Below, piece by piece: positions 38,301 through 50,301 of a stretch of 64,000 bases of DNA. Made by a program: the position numbers and the translations under genes. Position 1 is the first letter of the stretch. Each line of letters begins with the position of its first letter. The stretch is from NCBI RefSeq assembly GCF_037042905.1, contig NW_026974141.1:10540001-10604000 (forward strand). Direction: 5' to 3'. The notes under the pieces are model-generated. The model saw nothing but the letters and a program-made list of their open reading frames with translations, did not search any database and had not been told where the DNA came from. Source of the stretch: Lytechinus pictus. Its lineage: Eukaryota.

Positions 38301-41300
38301 TTAAATGATTAATTATGTTAATGTATGCTATTTGTCAAGCGCTTAGATACATCATGTTAAGCGCAATATAAATACAATTTTAATTATTAATACTTTACTT
38401 CATTGCACCCTATACTGCTATAATGCGATATTTCAAAACCATATGACAGACATATGACAGTGATATACTGATTCCTAAATTTCTTCTTTTTGCTACAGAG
38501 GTGCTTGTGACAGGAAAATCATCGGGATGATGCGGGACAGGACACTTGGCAACGGACCATTCCAGATGATCCGCAAGCTCAAAGAGGTCCACACCGATGC
38601 TTGGCTTGCAAAGACTGCCCAGTATTGTTCTGTGGTTGAGGAGTTCGTCAATGCCAGTGAAAGGGGCCTCATCAATCGACCAAACTGCCCACCACCGCCC
38701 GCAATGTCTTCTCTTCCCACGTATCGTTGGCTCCTGACGGTGTACTGCAACGACGTGCTGGAGCGCATCGATGAAGTGAAGGCTAGCATCACATCTACAT
38801 TCGGCCGTATCCTCAAGATGGACTCGACCAAGAAGGTGAACATGAATGTGCTATTCATTTGATGTAATATCATCTTGTGTAACAAAATGGTTAACTTAAA
38901 AAATTCAAGAAAATGGGTGATGAACGTTTGATTACAATCAACCACTTTTAAGCATCTAATTCTTTTATTGTTGCTTGTGTGGTTTAAGTGGTGACTGACA
39001 GCAAAAACATTACACTTTAAGGACTTTCAATTAAGACTTTGATTAATAATTGTAATCTCATTCCTGTTTGTTTATCAATGTTTCTTTACTTCCTTCATTT
39101 CTCTGTATAATATAAATGTGTATGATTGTATAAGATACTTGAAATTCATTCCATTTCTGAAATTTATCTTTTCATCACAGATCACAAGGAAACTGAGAGG
39201 CGAGTCAGCAGGGACTGCTGCTTGGGCATCCAACGTCGGCAACGAGTACGGACAAGTACTGATGTCCGTGATGACTGTTGGCGAGGGAGCCGGTCTCTAC
39301 GAGATGATCAAGGGCATCCAGAGACGGTATGCAGCAGCCGGCCAACCTAGACCAGAGCTTCTGTACGTGGACAGAGGCTGCTGTGGTGCGGAATCCAGGA
39401 TCTTCAGGGGGTGGCCAGACATGCCTGTCCGACTTGACGTCTGGCACTTCATGAGGAGGCTTGCTAGAGGATGCACCAGCACTGAGCACCAACTCTACCC
39501 GTTCTTTCTGAGACGGTTGTCAGCCTGCATCTTTGCATGGAGCGCAGACGACCTGAATCAACTCATCGCCGCAAAGAGAGGTGAACTCAGGGACCAATGC
39601 ATCGCTGAAACTTCTGATGAGGTCATCCTGAAGCACCTTGGAAAGAGCTCGATCGCACGACACTGCAGACGAGTGACCAGAGGAACGGAGGAGACTACCC
39701 AACTCATCGGAGATCTCTTGGCTTCCTTGGATGGCGAGGGAGGACATGACACACTCGGTGTTCCCCTCTTTGACTCCGACAGAGTGTGGGAGATTTGGGA
39801 CTCACAGCAGAAACACATCGCATGCCTACAAGATCCACCAGATGTCCAGCTCTACACCAAGATAGGAGAGTCAGTGAAAGGTGGCATCACATTGCCTGTG
39901 TACAGATGTGCTAGAGGGTCAACATCGCTGGAGTCCTTCCATCTTCACATGAACCGGTTCATCCCTGGTAAGTTCATGTCTTATATCACTTAAAGTGTTG
40001 TAAAACAAGTGTTATAAAATCTGTCAATGTAAGATCATGCTGATTCTTCACCATCATGTCACTATTTGGAGCATCTTTATTTCTACAGGTTTCTGTCTAC
40101 ATTCCTTTTGTGTATTGCAATGGATACATTTCATAATACATTCGAAATACTTTGTTCATTTCATTTTTCAGGGACATCAGCCAACAATGTCCACTTCCAG
40201 GCCTACCTTCTTGAGGGGGTACATCGATGGAACTGCGATCGTGCAAGGGATGCTGAAGCTGCCACTGCGCCTTCTCACGCATCATATGGCACCTACAATG
40301 AGTACGATGTCAACCGGTTGACCGAGAAGCTGTTCGGACTTAAGATCAACCCTACTCTGACTGCACCCCAGAAACACACAGGTATGCCAATGCCTTTTCT
40401 ATTGTAGTCCATTCATATATGACTCCTAATGGTCTATGAGTTATGTCAATATAAAATGCATTGAACTGATGAAATGAATTATTTTGTTATCTCAATTTTA
40501 ATTCCATTTATTCAAAATTTATCTAGATCTGTATTCCTTTCTTTCTGTCAATTTATTTGTTACAGGGGAGCTTATCGGCCTGGAATATCTCTTCAACCAG
40601 ACCAACGAGGAGCTACTTCCCATGCATCCTGATGAAGGGGAGGTAGAAGATGATGATGGCGAGGACGTAGGACGTCGGGAAGAAGAGGACGTAAAGGACC
40701 CGACTGAGCCACCCCCGGAGTTTGGAGTAAGCCCTGCTTCATCCCGACGTGCCTCGAGAGTGTCAAGCCAGCAATCAGTACCACAGCACGTTAGCAGTGA
40801 GTATTTCCTATATTTTCAACGACTTTTCTTTGATTGTATTTTCAGGGAGTCATTACTACGAGCTTTACTTCAACAATTTATTCCATGACAATTGGGAACT
40901 TACACTGCTGCTCAGATGTTGTTGCAGTCCAAACACATGCTGTATCTTTTACTTTTTTATTTCTTTGTAAGACATTGTACCATTTTTGGATCAATGTATT
41001 CTTCATTGCTAAATTAAATAACAATTCGATATACCTGCAAAAACACAATAATAAATCTTCCGAGTGACTTCCCAACATTAGAAAATATTTCTATTTCTTC
41101 TATCTCATTTTACCTACAGCAACACCACAGAAACACAGATCACAGAGATCATCACTGCCGGTTCCATCCACCAGATGCAGACCCCACACATCCAAGGCAC
41201 CGGCAACAGTATCACGTGCTCCAGATTCACCACCACCAACTTCAATTCACAGAACATCCACAGCACCAGCAACTGTCTCCCGGGCACCCGATTCTCCAAG

Positions 41301-43562
41301 GGATGACACACCGGATGGTGGACCACTTGCTGGAGATGAAGAAGTGAAGGATGTCGAAGATGTGGATCTTAGAGAAGAGTCCGACGTAAGAGAAATAATT
41401 TGTATTTTTATAATGCTTATTTCATTCATTTATTTATTATAATAAATGAATAAAATGAAATAAGTATGAATGATTCATTTTAAGTGTCCATGGGAAAAAA
41501 TAATACATGTTATTGATGGCTTCATTCAGAACAAGTTGGCCTGAATAATTAATTTATTTTAAGATGTTATCTTTTTTCTTGTCTTACATACAAAGCTTGC
41601 ATTTAAAAATATTATTTATTTCACTTTTTTTGATTTGATGTTCCTGTTATAATCACTAGTCATTTTATAAATGGATGGCTATAGAAAATGACATATAGAT
41701 TGTAGTCACACTGTTTATCAATGTGCAATTCTCTTTTGTTAATCCCATCATATGCATTGTCCTCTTTATTGTAATTTTACTTTTACAGGAGGAGCACACA
41801 GGTCGCAGACCAGGTTACGACCGTGTGCAAGCACTGGGGAACTACCTCCTCAAACTCAGAGGTGACGAACATCTGATGAGCTCCAGGGACTCCAAACAGA
41901 TCGTGAAACTTTGGAGCGAATTGGATCCATACGACCAACAAGTGAGACGCCCGGCCCGTCACCAAGAGAAGCTCACCAAAGGACGCTTCAAAGCCAGAGG
42001 AACATCTCCAGTTGTCCCAGGCATAGAGAGTACTCAAAGGTATGTACATTCAACTCTATTAATTTTTCTGGGTGATTTATCATGATGCAATCATGAGCAG
42101 CCTTCTTGTCTACTTTGCAAAGATATAGAATAAAAAAGAAGTATCTCAACTCGCCGATATTGATTTCATTCATCACATTCCAGTTCTTCGTTTATATCAA
42201 TCACCTTATTACTTTCACTTACAGCAATACAACCAGCAGTTGAAGTGTGCTGTACACGATTTCTTGATGTATTTTTCTATCATTGTATATTTTTTCCTCC
42301 CCTCGTACAGATGCTTTCTTGGAAGTAACTCAGGACCCGCCTCCGTACCCAACGCCAACAGGGTTATGGAGTATGTCATCGGTCAGCTCTGCAGCTACTA
42401 CCCAGAGCACCAGAGGCACAAAGGGAGAGTCATTCCCAGGTGGACCACTATCATCCATGACTACAAGAACATTCGAAGCAGGGTCCTGGCCTCCACCCAC
42501 ATAACATCCAACACCCGCCTACAATTGTTAGATATCAATCGATATGTCCTCATTCAATGGTAAGAATATTGTAAAATGAGTTAAATTTCGAGCACTTGGA
42601 AATTTCTTTTATTGAATTGAATTGATTTCTTTTACATACTTTGGAACATACAGATAATTAATATGGTATATCAATCATACCTGAATTAAATAATACAGCA
42701 ATTTGAAATCAAAGACAATTTAAAATATAATGAATTAGATGGAATCATTGAAAGCAATTCAATGGCATCACAATTTTATTTGTAACAATTTATCTGTGTT
42801 ATTACAAAGTATTTCAAATGTAGCAATAGATCGTATCTTTAGCAATATCTATCTCCCTATGAAATACAGCCTGTCTAATGGCATTTTTCTTTCTCTTCCT
42901 TTTCTTATTTCATGTACAGGCATAACCGAAGATCTAAAGAAGAGGAGAGGAGTGCATTGGAGATGGGAGCTTCGGCACCTAGACCTAGCATGACTGCCCA
43001 CCAATCTGTCCCACCACCAAAGGAGAAACCACATGCCTTGCCACCACCTCCCATCCAAAGGCCCTACCAGTTCCCGATGGTTTCCAACACAGTTGGTCAG
43101 GCAAAGATGAGAGCACCAATAGCACAACCAACATTTGTTCTGGTTCCTGTTCCTGTAATGGCCGTACCATCAACCCCTGTGTCCACCCCTGCCCCAACTA
43201 CAGTCTCTGTCCCTGGATTCCGGTCCATCCAGCCTACACCTCCAACCTGGCGGCCCAGTGTACCACAGCCGAGTCTACCACCACCTTCATCACTCCCGAA
43301 GTCCACCCATTACAACAGGAAGCGCAGAGCACAGCAACGACTCGAAGGACAGGTTTCTACCAAGGTTTACAAGGCCCGGAAAGGTCCGATTGTATGCAGC
43401 CAGTGTCATCAACCAAGGGATCGAGAGACTCACACTCAATATTATGGCAGCTGGTATTGCGAGACATCCCAGAACCAACCCTTGGCTGAATGGAAGGCGA
43501 TGATGTCAGAACGGCGACTAGCAAAGCTGAAAGCTGACAAGGAGGAAGCCAAGAAGGACTAG
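35336..43562 (+). CDS. Dada DDE transposase, 12 coding exons, ~1353 aa
   Basis: Exons with GT-AG boundaries and consistent phases: 35336-35810, 36551-36634, 37035-37103, 37581-38040, 38499-38835, 39181-39967, 40172-40381, 40566-40796, 41120-41385, 41789-42039, 42311-42559, 42920-43562 (4062 nt). Motifs: CPxxxC..ECRKC, KMDSTKK, YVDRGCC, RLDVWHF (DxxH), RGSTSLESFH and a C-terminal CxxC..H..C. Confidence 0.88.
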
Positions 43563-44665
43563 TGCAGTGAATAATATGTTTATCAAGACGGCAGAAGTCG
43601 GGTCGCCGGCGACTAAACTGGCGCCACCTACTGGAAGCTATGCCAGTAGGGAGGGGGATTAAGACCTCCTGCAGGATGAAAAACAAGACCTGTTAAAGTG
43701 GATCATTGCACCAGTCAGGCACAAGCAACATCGTATCTATGGATTTAGGACACACTAATGAGAAACCAGAGGAATGAGAAAAATGGAATGAAGATTGCTA
43801 ACCTTCAAGGAGAGAGGAAACAGTATAGGTAGAAAGAGGAGATTGTGGGCAGCTTCATATGAAAAAGGGTCAAACATTCATTGAGAAATAAGGACAGGTT
43901 TTAAAACAACAGTGAAAGACCATCTGGAAGATATAGAACATATTACAAAAATTGTTAGATGACAACAGCGGCAGCAGAATAGTGAGGAATCATTGCAGAA
44001 ATTTTCAAATTCAATACAACTACGAAAGCAGATGGGATATTTCAGCAGTTTTCGAGAAAAGCTACAATCTGATAGAAACTCATTTTCACCGCCACAAAGT
44101 ACCCCGAGGAGCTCTGGTTCTTGCAATCATTGAGCATCTCGAGTGGTGACTCAAGTTATATCGACATTCACGACGTCTCAGTGCTATAGTACGATATCCA
44201 TGATGGATAAGCATTGAGGACTTAGTGGAATGTGCAACAGAATTTAGTAACAATGAAACATGTTAAGAAAAATAAATGTTGGATGTTATACAACAAAGTA
44301 CTGTACCTTAGACAAGCAACTCCTAAGGTGACTATTTTTTCCGATCGTTCACGGGTATCCTTGTGAAGCTCCATATTTAATATGTTGAGCATCATTTGCG
44401 ATGACTTTGTGGAGCGGTCTCTTAAAACTAGTGTGATAATGTCAACTAGTTTGGTTTTTAATGCTGCCAAGACATTAACCAACTTTCTTCAAACTGCCAT
44501 TCAAATTTGTTGAAAATTGGTTGATGTTTTGAAGGTCCCAAGCCCTTGTCAAAAGCAGAGGGAAAACCAAGTAATGCTTCTTGAAAAATCCCAGGAGAGG
44601 AAAAGACGTAGGAAAAGAGAGAGATTAAAAATGATGGGGGAGGGATTTACAACCTTTCGGCACTC

Positions 44666-45100
44666 GCATCCTTCTTGTATAAATGTGACTTAATACCTTT
44701 TTCCACACTCATAAATGGGATTTACTACCTTTTAGCACTCGCACTCACAAATCTTAATGACTTCTTGAAAATAATTATTTTTAAAAATGTGACTTGCTTC
44801 CTTTTGGTATAAATGTGACTTAATACCTTTTTCCACACTCGTAAATGGGATTTACTATCTTTTAGCACTCACACTCAAAAATCTTAATGACTTCTTGAAA
44901 ATTATTATTTTTAAAAATGTGACTTGCTTCCTTTTGGTATAAATGTGACTTAATACCTTTTTCCACACTCGTAAATGGGATTTACTACCTTTTAGCACTC
45001 ACACTCAAAAATCTTAATGACTTCTTGAAAATTATTATTTTTAAAAATGTGACTTGCATCCTTCTTGTATAAATGTGACTTAATACCTTTTTCCACACTT
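44666..45100 (+). repeat. 130-bp tandem repeat, ~3.3 copies, in the Dada 3' region
   Basis: Units start at 44666, 44796, 44926 and 45056. Confidence 0.9.
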
Positions 45101-46104
45101 ACAACTACATATATATATATATATATTATATATCATTTTTTTTTTTTTATTCATGACTAAACTACAACAAATCTTTTGAAAGGTTTATTATTTATTCCCT
45201 GGGGAAGGAGAAATAGGAAAGAAACTTTTGCTTCAATTATAAATTAATAAAGAAGGCATTAATGAATAAAAAAATGAATGAGTAAATGAATTAATGAATG
45301 AGTCAAGGAATGAATGAAAGAAATAATAANNNNNNNNNNNNNNNNNNNNNNNNNNNNNNNNNNNNNNNNNNNNNNNNNNNNNNNNNNNNNNNNNNNNNNN
45401 NNNNNNNNNNNNNNNNNNNNNNNNNNNNNNNNNNNNNNNNNNNNNNNNNNNNNNNNNNNNNNNNNNNNNNNNNNNNNNNNNNNNNNNAAATGAAGGATCT
45501 TTCTCTCATTCTATTTCTTTTTCATTACTTTATCCCCCCTAACCCCCCCCCCCCCCTCTCTCTCTCTAATCAATAAATTTGAAAAGACAAGATATATCTT
45601 TCCTTCCATTCTTTCATTTTCTATTTATTTATTTATTTATTTATCTATCTAATATTCTTCTTATTTATCTATTTATTCATCTAATATCTATCTATACATA
45701 CATATCTTTGTTTATCTATATCTTTGTTTATCTATTAATTATTCTGTCTATCTACCCCCCCCCCCCCTCTCTCTCTTTCAGAAGTGAAAAATACAATGAA
45801 CACAAACATAAATGCAAAATACATTCATTTCATTTCAAACAAACTGCATTTATTAAAAAATCAACCGTCATTACATTACAATAAAAATCGTGCCTAAAAT
45901 GTCATTATTTACTTTCTTTTTCCCCCTCTCCGGCGTTCCATACGCCCGAACCCGACCGATTTGTTTTCAAACAAGGCTCCATTTCCCACGCCAGCGATGG
46001 CTCCGCCCCCCTTCTATGGCAGACGATCTGCCCAAAAATCCACAAAACAGCGCCGGCGTGGGGGCCTATGGGACGCGGGGACAGAGAAGATTAGTCGGTA
46101 GCTT

Positions 46105-46117
46105 TTGCGCAGGGGCC

Positions 46118-46149
<32 letters not shown>

Positions 46150-46174
46150 ATAGATGTGTTGCCGAAGCGAACAC
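46105..46174 (-). ncRNA. U6: U6 snRNA, 5' part (nt 1-70)
   Basis: Reverse complement reads GTGTTCGCTTCGGCAACACATCTATTAAAATTGGAACGATACAGAGAAGATTAGCATGGCCCCTGCGCAA. Joined to the 3' part with one TSD removed, it gives 107 nt. Confidence 0.96.
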
Positions 46175-46199
46175 GACTATGTCAGGAAACCTCTCTCAA

Positions 46200-46257
46200 T
46201 TTAAACTAGAGCACATGTATTTCAAACTCTACACAGTTAGCGCGCCAGCACCACGTG
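46200..46257 (-). promoter_or_regulatory. U6 type-3 Pol III promoter: TATA-like box, candidate PSE and E-box
   Basis: TTTAAA at -26 to -31, candidate PSE around -52 to -69, and CACGTG at -78 to -83. This matches the TATA-like + PSE + USF E-box layout known for sea urchin U6. Confidence 0.75.
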
Positions 46258-47189
46258 TACCCGTAGAATAGCGACGCTCCGGCGGGATATAATAGGTACT
46301 ATTGACCGACTGATCATAATAACAACTGGAAGGTATAATAGATTTGTCACGTGACCAGAGCTCCCACCAATAGGAGCCAAGCACAAGCCTTTATGCAAAT
46401 CGATTATATGGAACCGAGCCACCGACGCACACCGATGCTCGTAATGTGTGATCAAAGTCCACAGGAAGCTTTCCATTTGTAATAATATCAGAGAATAATA
46501 ACAAGCAAACGTCTATGGCGCTCTTGATCTCTTTGTTGACTGCAACGTTGACAAAGTACAAACGGGAATCGTTGTGATTGAAGTAGACCCATGAAGATAT
46601 TTGCTGATAGACGGTGCACCGTAGACATCTGTGATACCGAGGGTTATATGAATATTCCTTTACTCTCCGGTGGTCTAGTTCTCAGTAACCCTAGTCCTAG
46701 TCTGAAAGAGATTAGAAAAAAAAACATATCTATAACATAAAATGACAAGCCACATGTATGCATGGAAACGTATATTACTCATTGTGTATTGACATACATG
46801 TAAGTCTAATTTTGCAAAGGAACATTAAAGTTTAAGACAGAGTAACCATAACACACAGATGGGGGAAGAAAGTATACGGAATGAGATTGCGGAGGTTAAG
46901 TTTAATAGTGTATGAGAAAACGAAGTGAAGGTTAAGTACTAAGTAAAGCAGAGTAAAATACATAGTGAGCATAATAGAAAAAGGGATATGAATATACATA
47001 TACATATATATATATATATAAGAGAGATATAAGTACATAGGGATGTGAGCATATACAGGAAAGAGAAATTAATATAATTATATAGGAAAGGGGGCTATAG
47101 TAAACATCAGCCTATACCGATATGAGAGAAATGGGAAAAAGAAAATGGATCGAAAATAACAGAGAAAGTAGGGTGAACATAATTAAAAG

Positions 47190-48400
47190 AAAGCGACCAT
47201 ATATCAAGAAAAGGGAACATATATATATATAGATATATATTATATATGTATATATATATATTCATCAAGAATGAGAGCGAACATATATATCAGGAAAAGG
47301 GAACGAACATATATACATGTATATCAAGAAAAGAGAGCGAACATATATATAAAGAAAAAGAGAACGAACATATATATATCAAGAAAAGAGAGCGAACATA
47401 TATATCAAGAAAAGAGAAGAAACATATATATATCAAGAAAAGAGAGCGAACATATATATCAAGAAAAGAGAGCGAACATATATATCAAGAAAAGGGAACG
47501 AACATATATATCAAGAAAAGAGAACGAACATATATATATCAAGAAAAGAGAGCGAACATATATATATCAAGAAAAGAGAGCGAACATATATATCAAGAAA
47601 AGAGAACGAACATATATATCTCAAGAAAAAAGAGCGAACATACTGTATATATCAAGAAAAGGAAACGAACATATATATATCAAGAAAAGAGAGCGAACAT
47701 ATATATCAAGAAAAGAGAATGATATATGATATATATATTATATATGTATATATATATTCATCAAGAATGAGAGCGAACATATATATCAGGAAAAGGGAAC
47801 GAACATATATACATGTATATCAAGAAAAGAGAGCGAACATATATATAAAGAAAAAGAGAACGAACATATATATATCAAGAAAAGAGAGCAAACATATATA
47901 TCAAGAAAAGAGAAGAAACATATATATCTCAAGAAAAGAGAGCAAACATATATATCAAGAAAAGAGAACGAACATATATATATCAAGAAAAGAGAGCGAA
48001 CATATATATATCAAGAAAAGAGAGCGAACATATATATCAAGAAAAGAGAACGAACATATATATCAAGAAAAGAGAGCGAACATACTGTATATATCAAGAA
48101 AAGGGAACGAACATATATATATCAAGAAAAGAGAGCGAACATATATATCAAGAAAAGTGAATGAACATATATATATATCAAGAAAAGAGAGCGAACATAA
48201 ATATCAAGAAAAGAGAAGAAACATATAGATATCAAGAAAAGAGAGCGAACATATATATCAAGAAATGAGAGCGAACATATATATCAAGAAAAGAGAAGGA
48301 ACATACATATGAAAAGAGAGCAAATATATTTATCAAGAAAACAGAGCGAGCATAAATCAAGAAAAGAAAGCGAACATATGTATATATATATCAAGAAAAG
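47190..48400 (+). repeat. Minisatellite ATCAAGAAAAGAGAGCGAAC(AT)n with a ~500-bp higher-order duplication
   Basis: Dozens of ~26-32 bp units; the block at ~47250 recurs at ~47750. Confidence 0.92.
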
Positions 48401-49260
48401 CGGGTGAATATAAAAGTTAGTGAAAATGTAATAATAGAAGAGAAAGAACATGATGAGAAAAGGCAGCAGGAAGACTACAGTCAACACGAAGAGGGGCGAG
48501 AGTAAAATAATATACAAAGACAAATCACAAAAGTGAACATAATCCGAGAGATAGCGGAACGAGGATCAAATACAGTGAAAACATTGTGAAAACTTAAGTG
48601 AAAAGAGATTGAACTATATAAAGAGTGAACATACATGTATAGACAAAAGTGATCATACAGGTATTAAGATCGAGAGTGCACCTTACAAACAAAAGCGAGA
48701 GGACAGACCCAGAAAAGAGAACTAACAAAGGGTGTAGATAAAAGGAGTAATCGTACAAAGAAAAGATGATGGCCATAAAAGCGAGACTGGACACGCAGTG
48801 AACAAGAGTGGATTTGTGTACCAATACAGAGACTGAGCCCCGGGACGGAACGTAATATACAGAAACCGGGATAGAAAAAGAAAACAGACAGGGAAGGTCC
48901 ACAAATATGATTAGTAATTTATAAAGAGGAAAGGGTGTATAACCATTAAAGAAAAAATGATTTAACATATTAAAGAAAGACGGATGACCAGACCGAGAAG
49001 AAGAGAATAAACGCATAAAGCCCCTTGGTCTGCGACCATTTGCGATTTTTTCGGTCGCACGACAGGCTGCAACAGGCATCAATCGTATCTAAAGCCCCTT
49101 TCTCAATTGGCGGTGCGACTGTTTACAACCGTTGCGATTATGTGCAACATAATATCATATTGTGACCAAATGATCGCAAACGATCGCAAGAGCGATTGTG
49201 AAAGCATTGCGATAGGCCGTGCCACAGTCTCATGGTGTACTGGCGGCATCCAGTCGTAGG

Positions 49261-49419
49261 AGGCCATGCTAAAGCCCCTTTCACAATTGCTAGTGCGACT
49301 TGCTACAACCGTTGCGATTCTGTGCAACATAATATTGTGACCAAACGATCGTACGAGCAATTGTGAAAGCCCCTTAATCTTCTCTGTATCGCGGCTCCAA
49401 TTTTAATATATGTGTTGTC
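49261..49419 (-). pseudogene. U6: Truncated U6 retro-fragment (nt ~12-62), split by a 102-bp MITE
   Basis: GGCCATGCTAA [MITE] TAATCTTCTCTGTATCG..CCAATTTTAATATATGTGTTG; flanked by GCATCCAGTC(GT/AC)AGG direct repeats at 49246-49260 and 49420-49434. Confidence 0.75.
49273..49374. mobile_element. Small Harbinger-like MITE with TAA TSD; related copy at ~49093-49205
   Basis: CTTTCACAATTG...CAATTGTGAAAG inverted ends; TAA at 49270-49272 and 49375-49377. Confidence 0.75.
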
Positions 49420-49511
49420 GCATCCAGTCACAGGACTGGTCTCTGTAGGTCACTAGCGCACGAGTCGTGGAAGTGTTTCACGACCTCCAGCCGACTAGGT
49501 GCGACTTCTTA

Positions 49512-50301
49512 GACCCCTGTTACATCTGAGAGAGTCCCTACCTCAGGCCGGCCCGGGGCCTACCTCGGGTCGGAAAGAAATCAGATGTAAACATCCCAAA
49601 CCTACCTCGGGCCACCTTTTAGCGAACCTACCCGAGACCACATCCTGAGGTAGTCTCGGGTAGGTATCGGGCCGGCCCCGGTCCACCGATTCGTAGATGT
49701 AAACGCACACAAGCTTTCGAACCTATCTCGATCCGTTCGCCAGCTGTCAAATTACGTCATAGCGCGCGCTATCCCCTCCCCAGCCCCGTCGTTCTTCGAA
49801 TGTTTTGCGGCATGCGACATGTGAATTGTGATTGATAAAGTCTTTGATTTGAGTGGAAAGAAGGAAGGATTTTCAACGTTTCCTTTCCCGAAGAAATTGC
49901 TTACGACTTTCCCGAATCAGGGAATACACATTAATATTCTTCATAATGTATTCGAGGGTCTGTACTTTTCGGGGTTTTAAATATCTAGAAATAACAACTA
50001 ACGTACGCTATCCGATCGTAACCAAATGGCGAGCTAGCAGCCGCGGCGAGTGTAACGAAATGTAAACAACTTCAATTAGCGCGCGCAAATTATTCAGAGC
50101 CTAGATCGAGAGCGCCCTTTGGTGTCAGCAATCTGATACCGCTCGAAACCGTACCGATAGGGGAGGGAATGAACACTGATGTAAACAGACCACATTTCGG
50201 ACTCGATCCGTTCGCGAAGCTAATCCACCAATAATCCAGTCAAGGTTGCAAGTGGACTCGGTCGGGTCTCGGGTAGGAAACCTATAGATGTAACAGGGGT
50301 C
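49512..50301. mobile_element. PIF/Harbinger-like MITE with TTA TSD
   Basis: TIR GACCCCTGTTACATCT / AGATGTAACAGGGGTC; TTA on both sides. Confidence 0.85.

Larger units (their letters stand above)
33189..46104 (+). mobile_element. Dada-U6-type target-specific DNA transposon (~12.9 kb including a gap), autonomous architecture
   Basis: Inserted in U6 with TTGCGC (GCGCAA) duplicated at 33183-33188 and 46105-46110. No true TIRs. Subterminal ACAGAGAAGATTAG. Encodes a Dada-type DDE transposase. Confidence 0.93.

Noticed and set aside
35336-43562. Reading the multi-exon gene as an ordinary host gene
   Set aside because: It lies wholly within a TSD-bounded insertion in U6 and has DDE transposase motifs.
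47246-48228. Repetitive ORFs of 150-170 aa (KRERTYIS/YQEKR)
   Set aside because: They are translations of the minisatellite, open in several frames with no coding signature.
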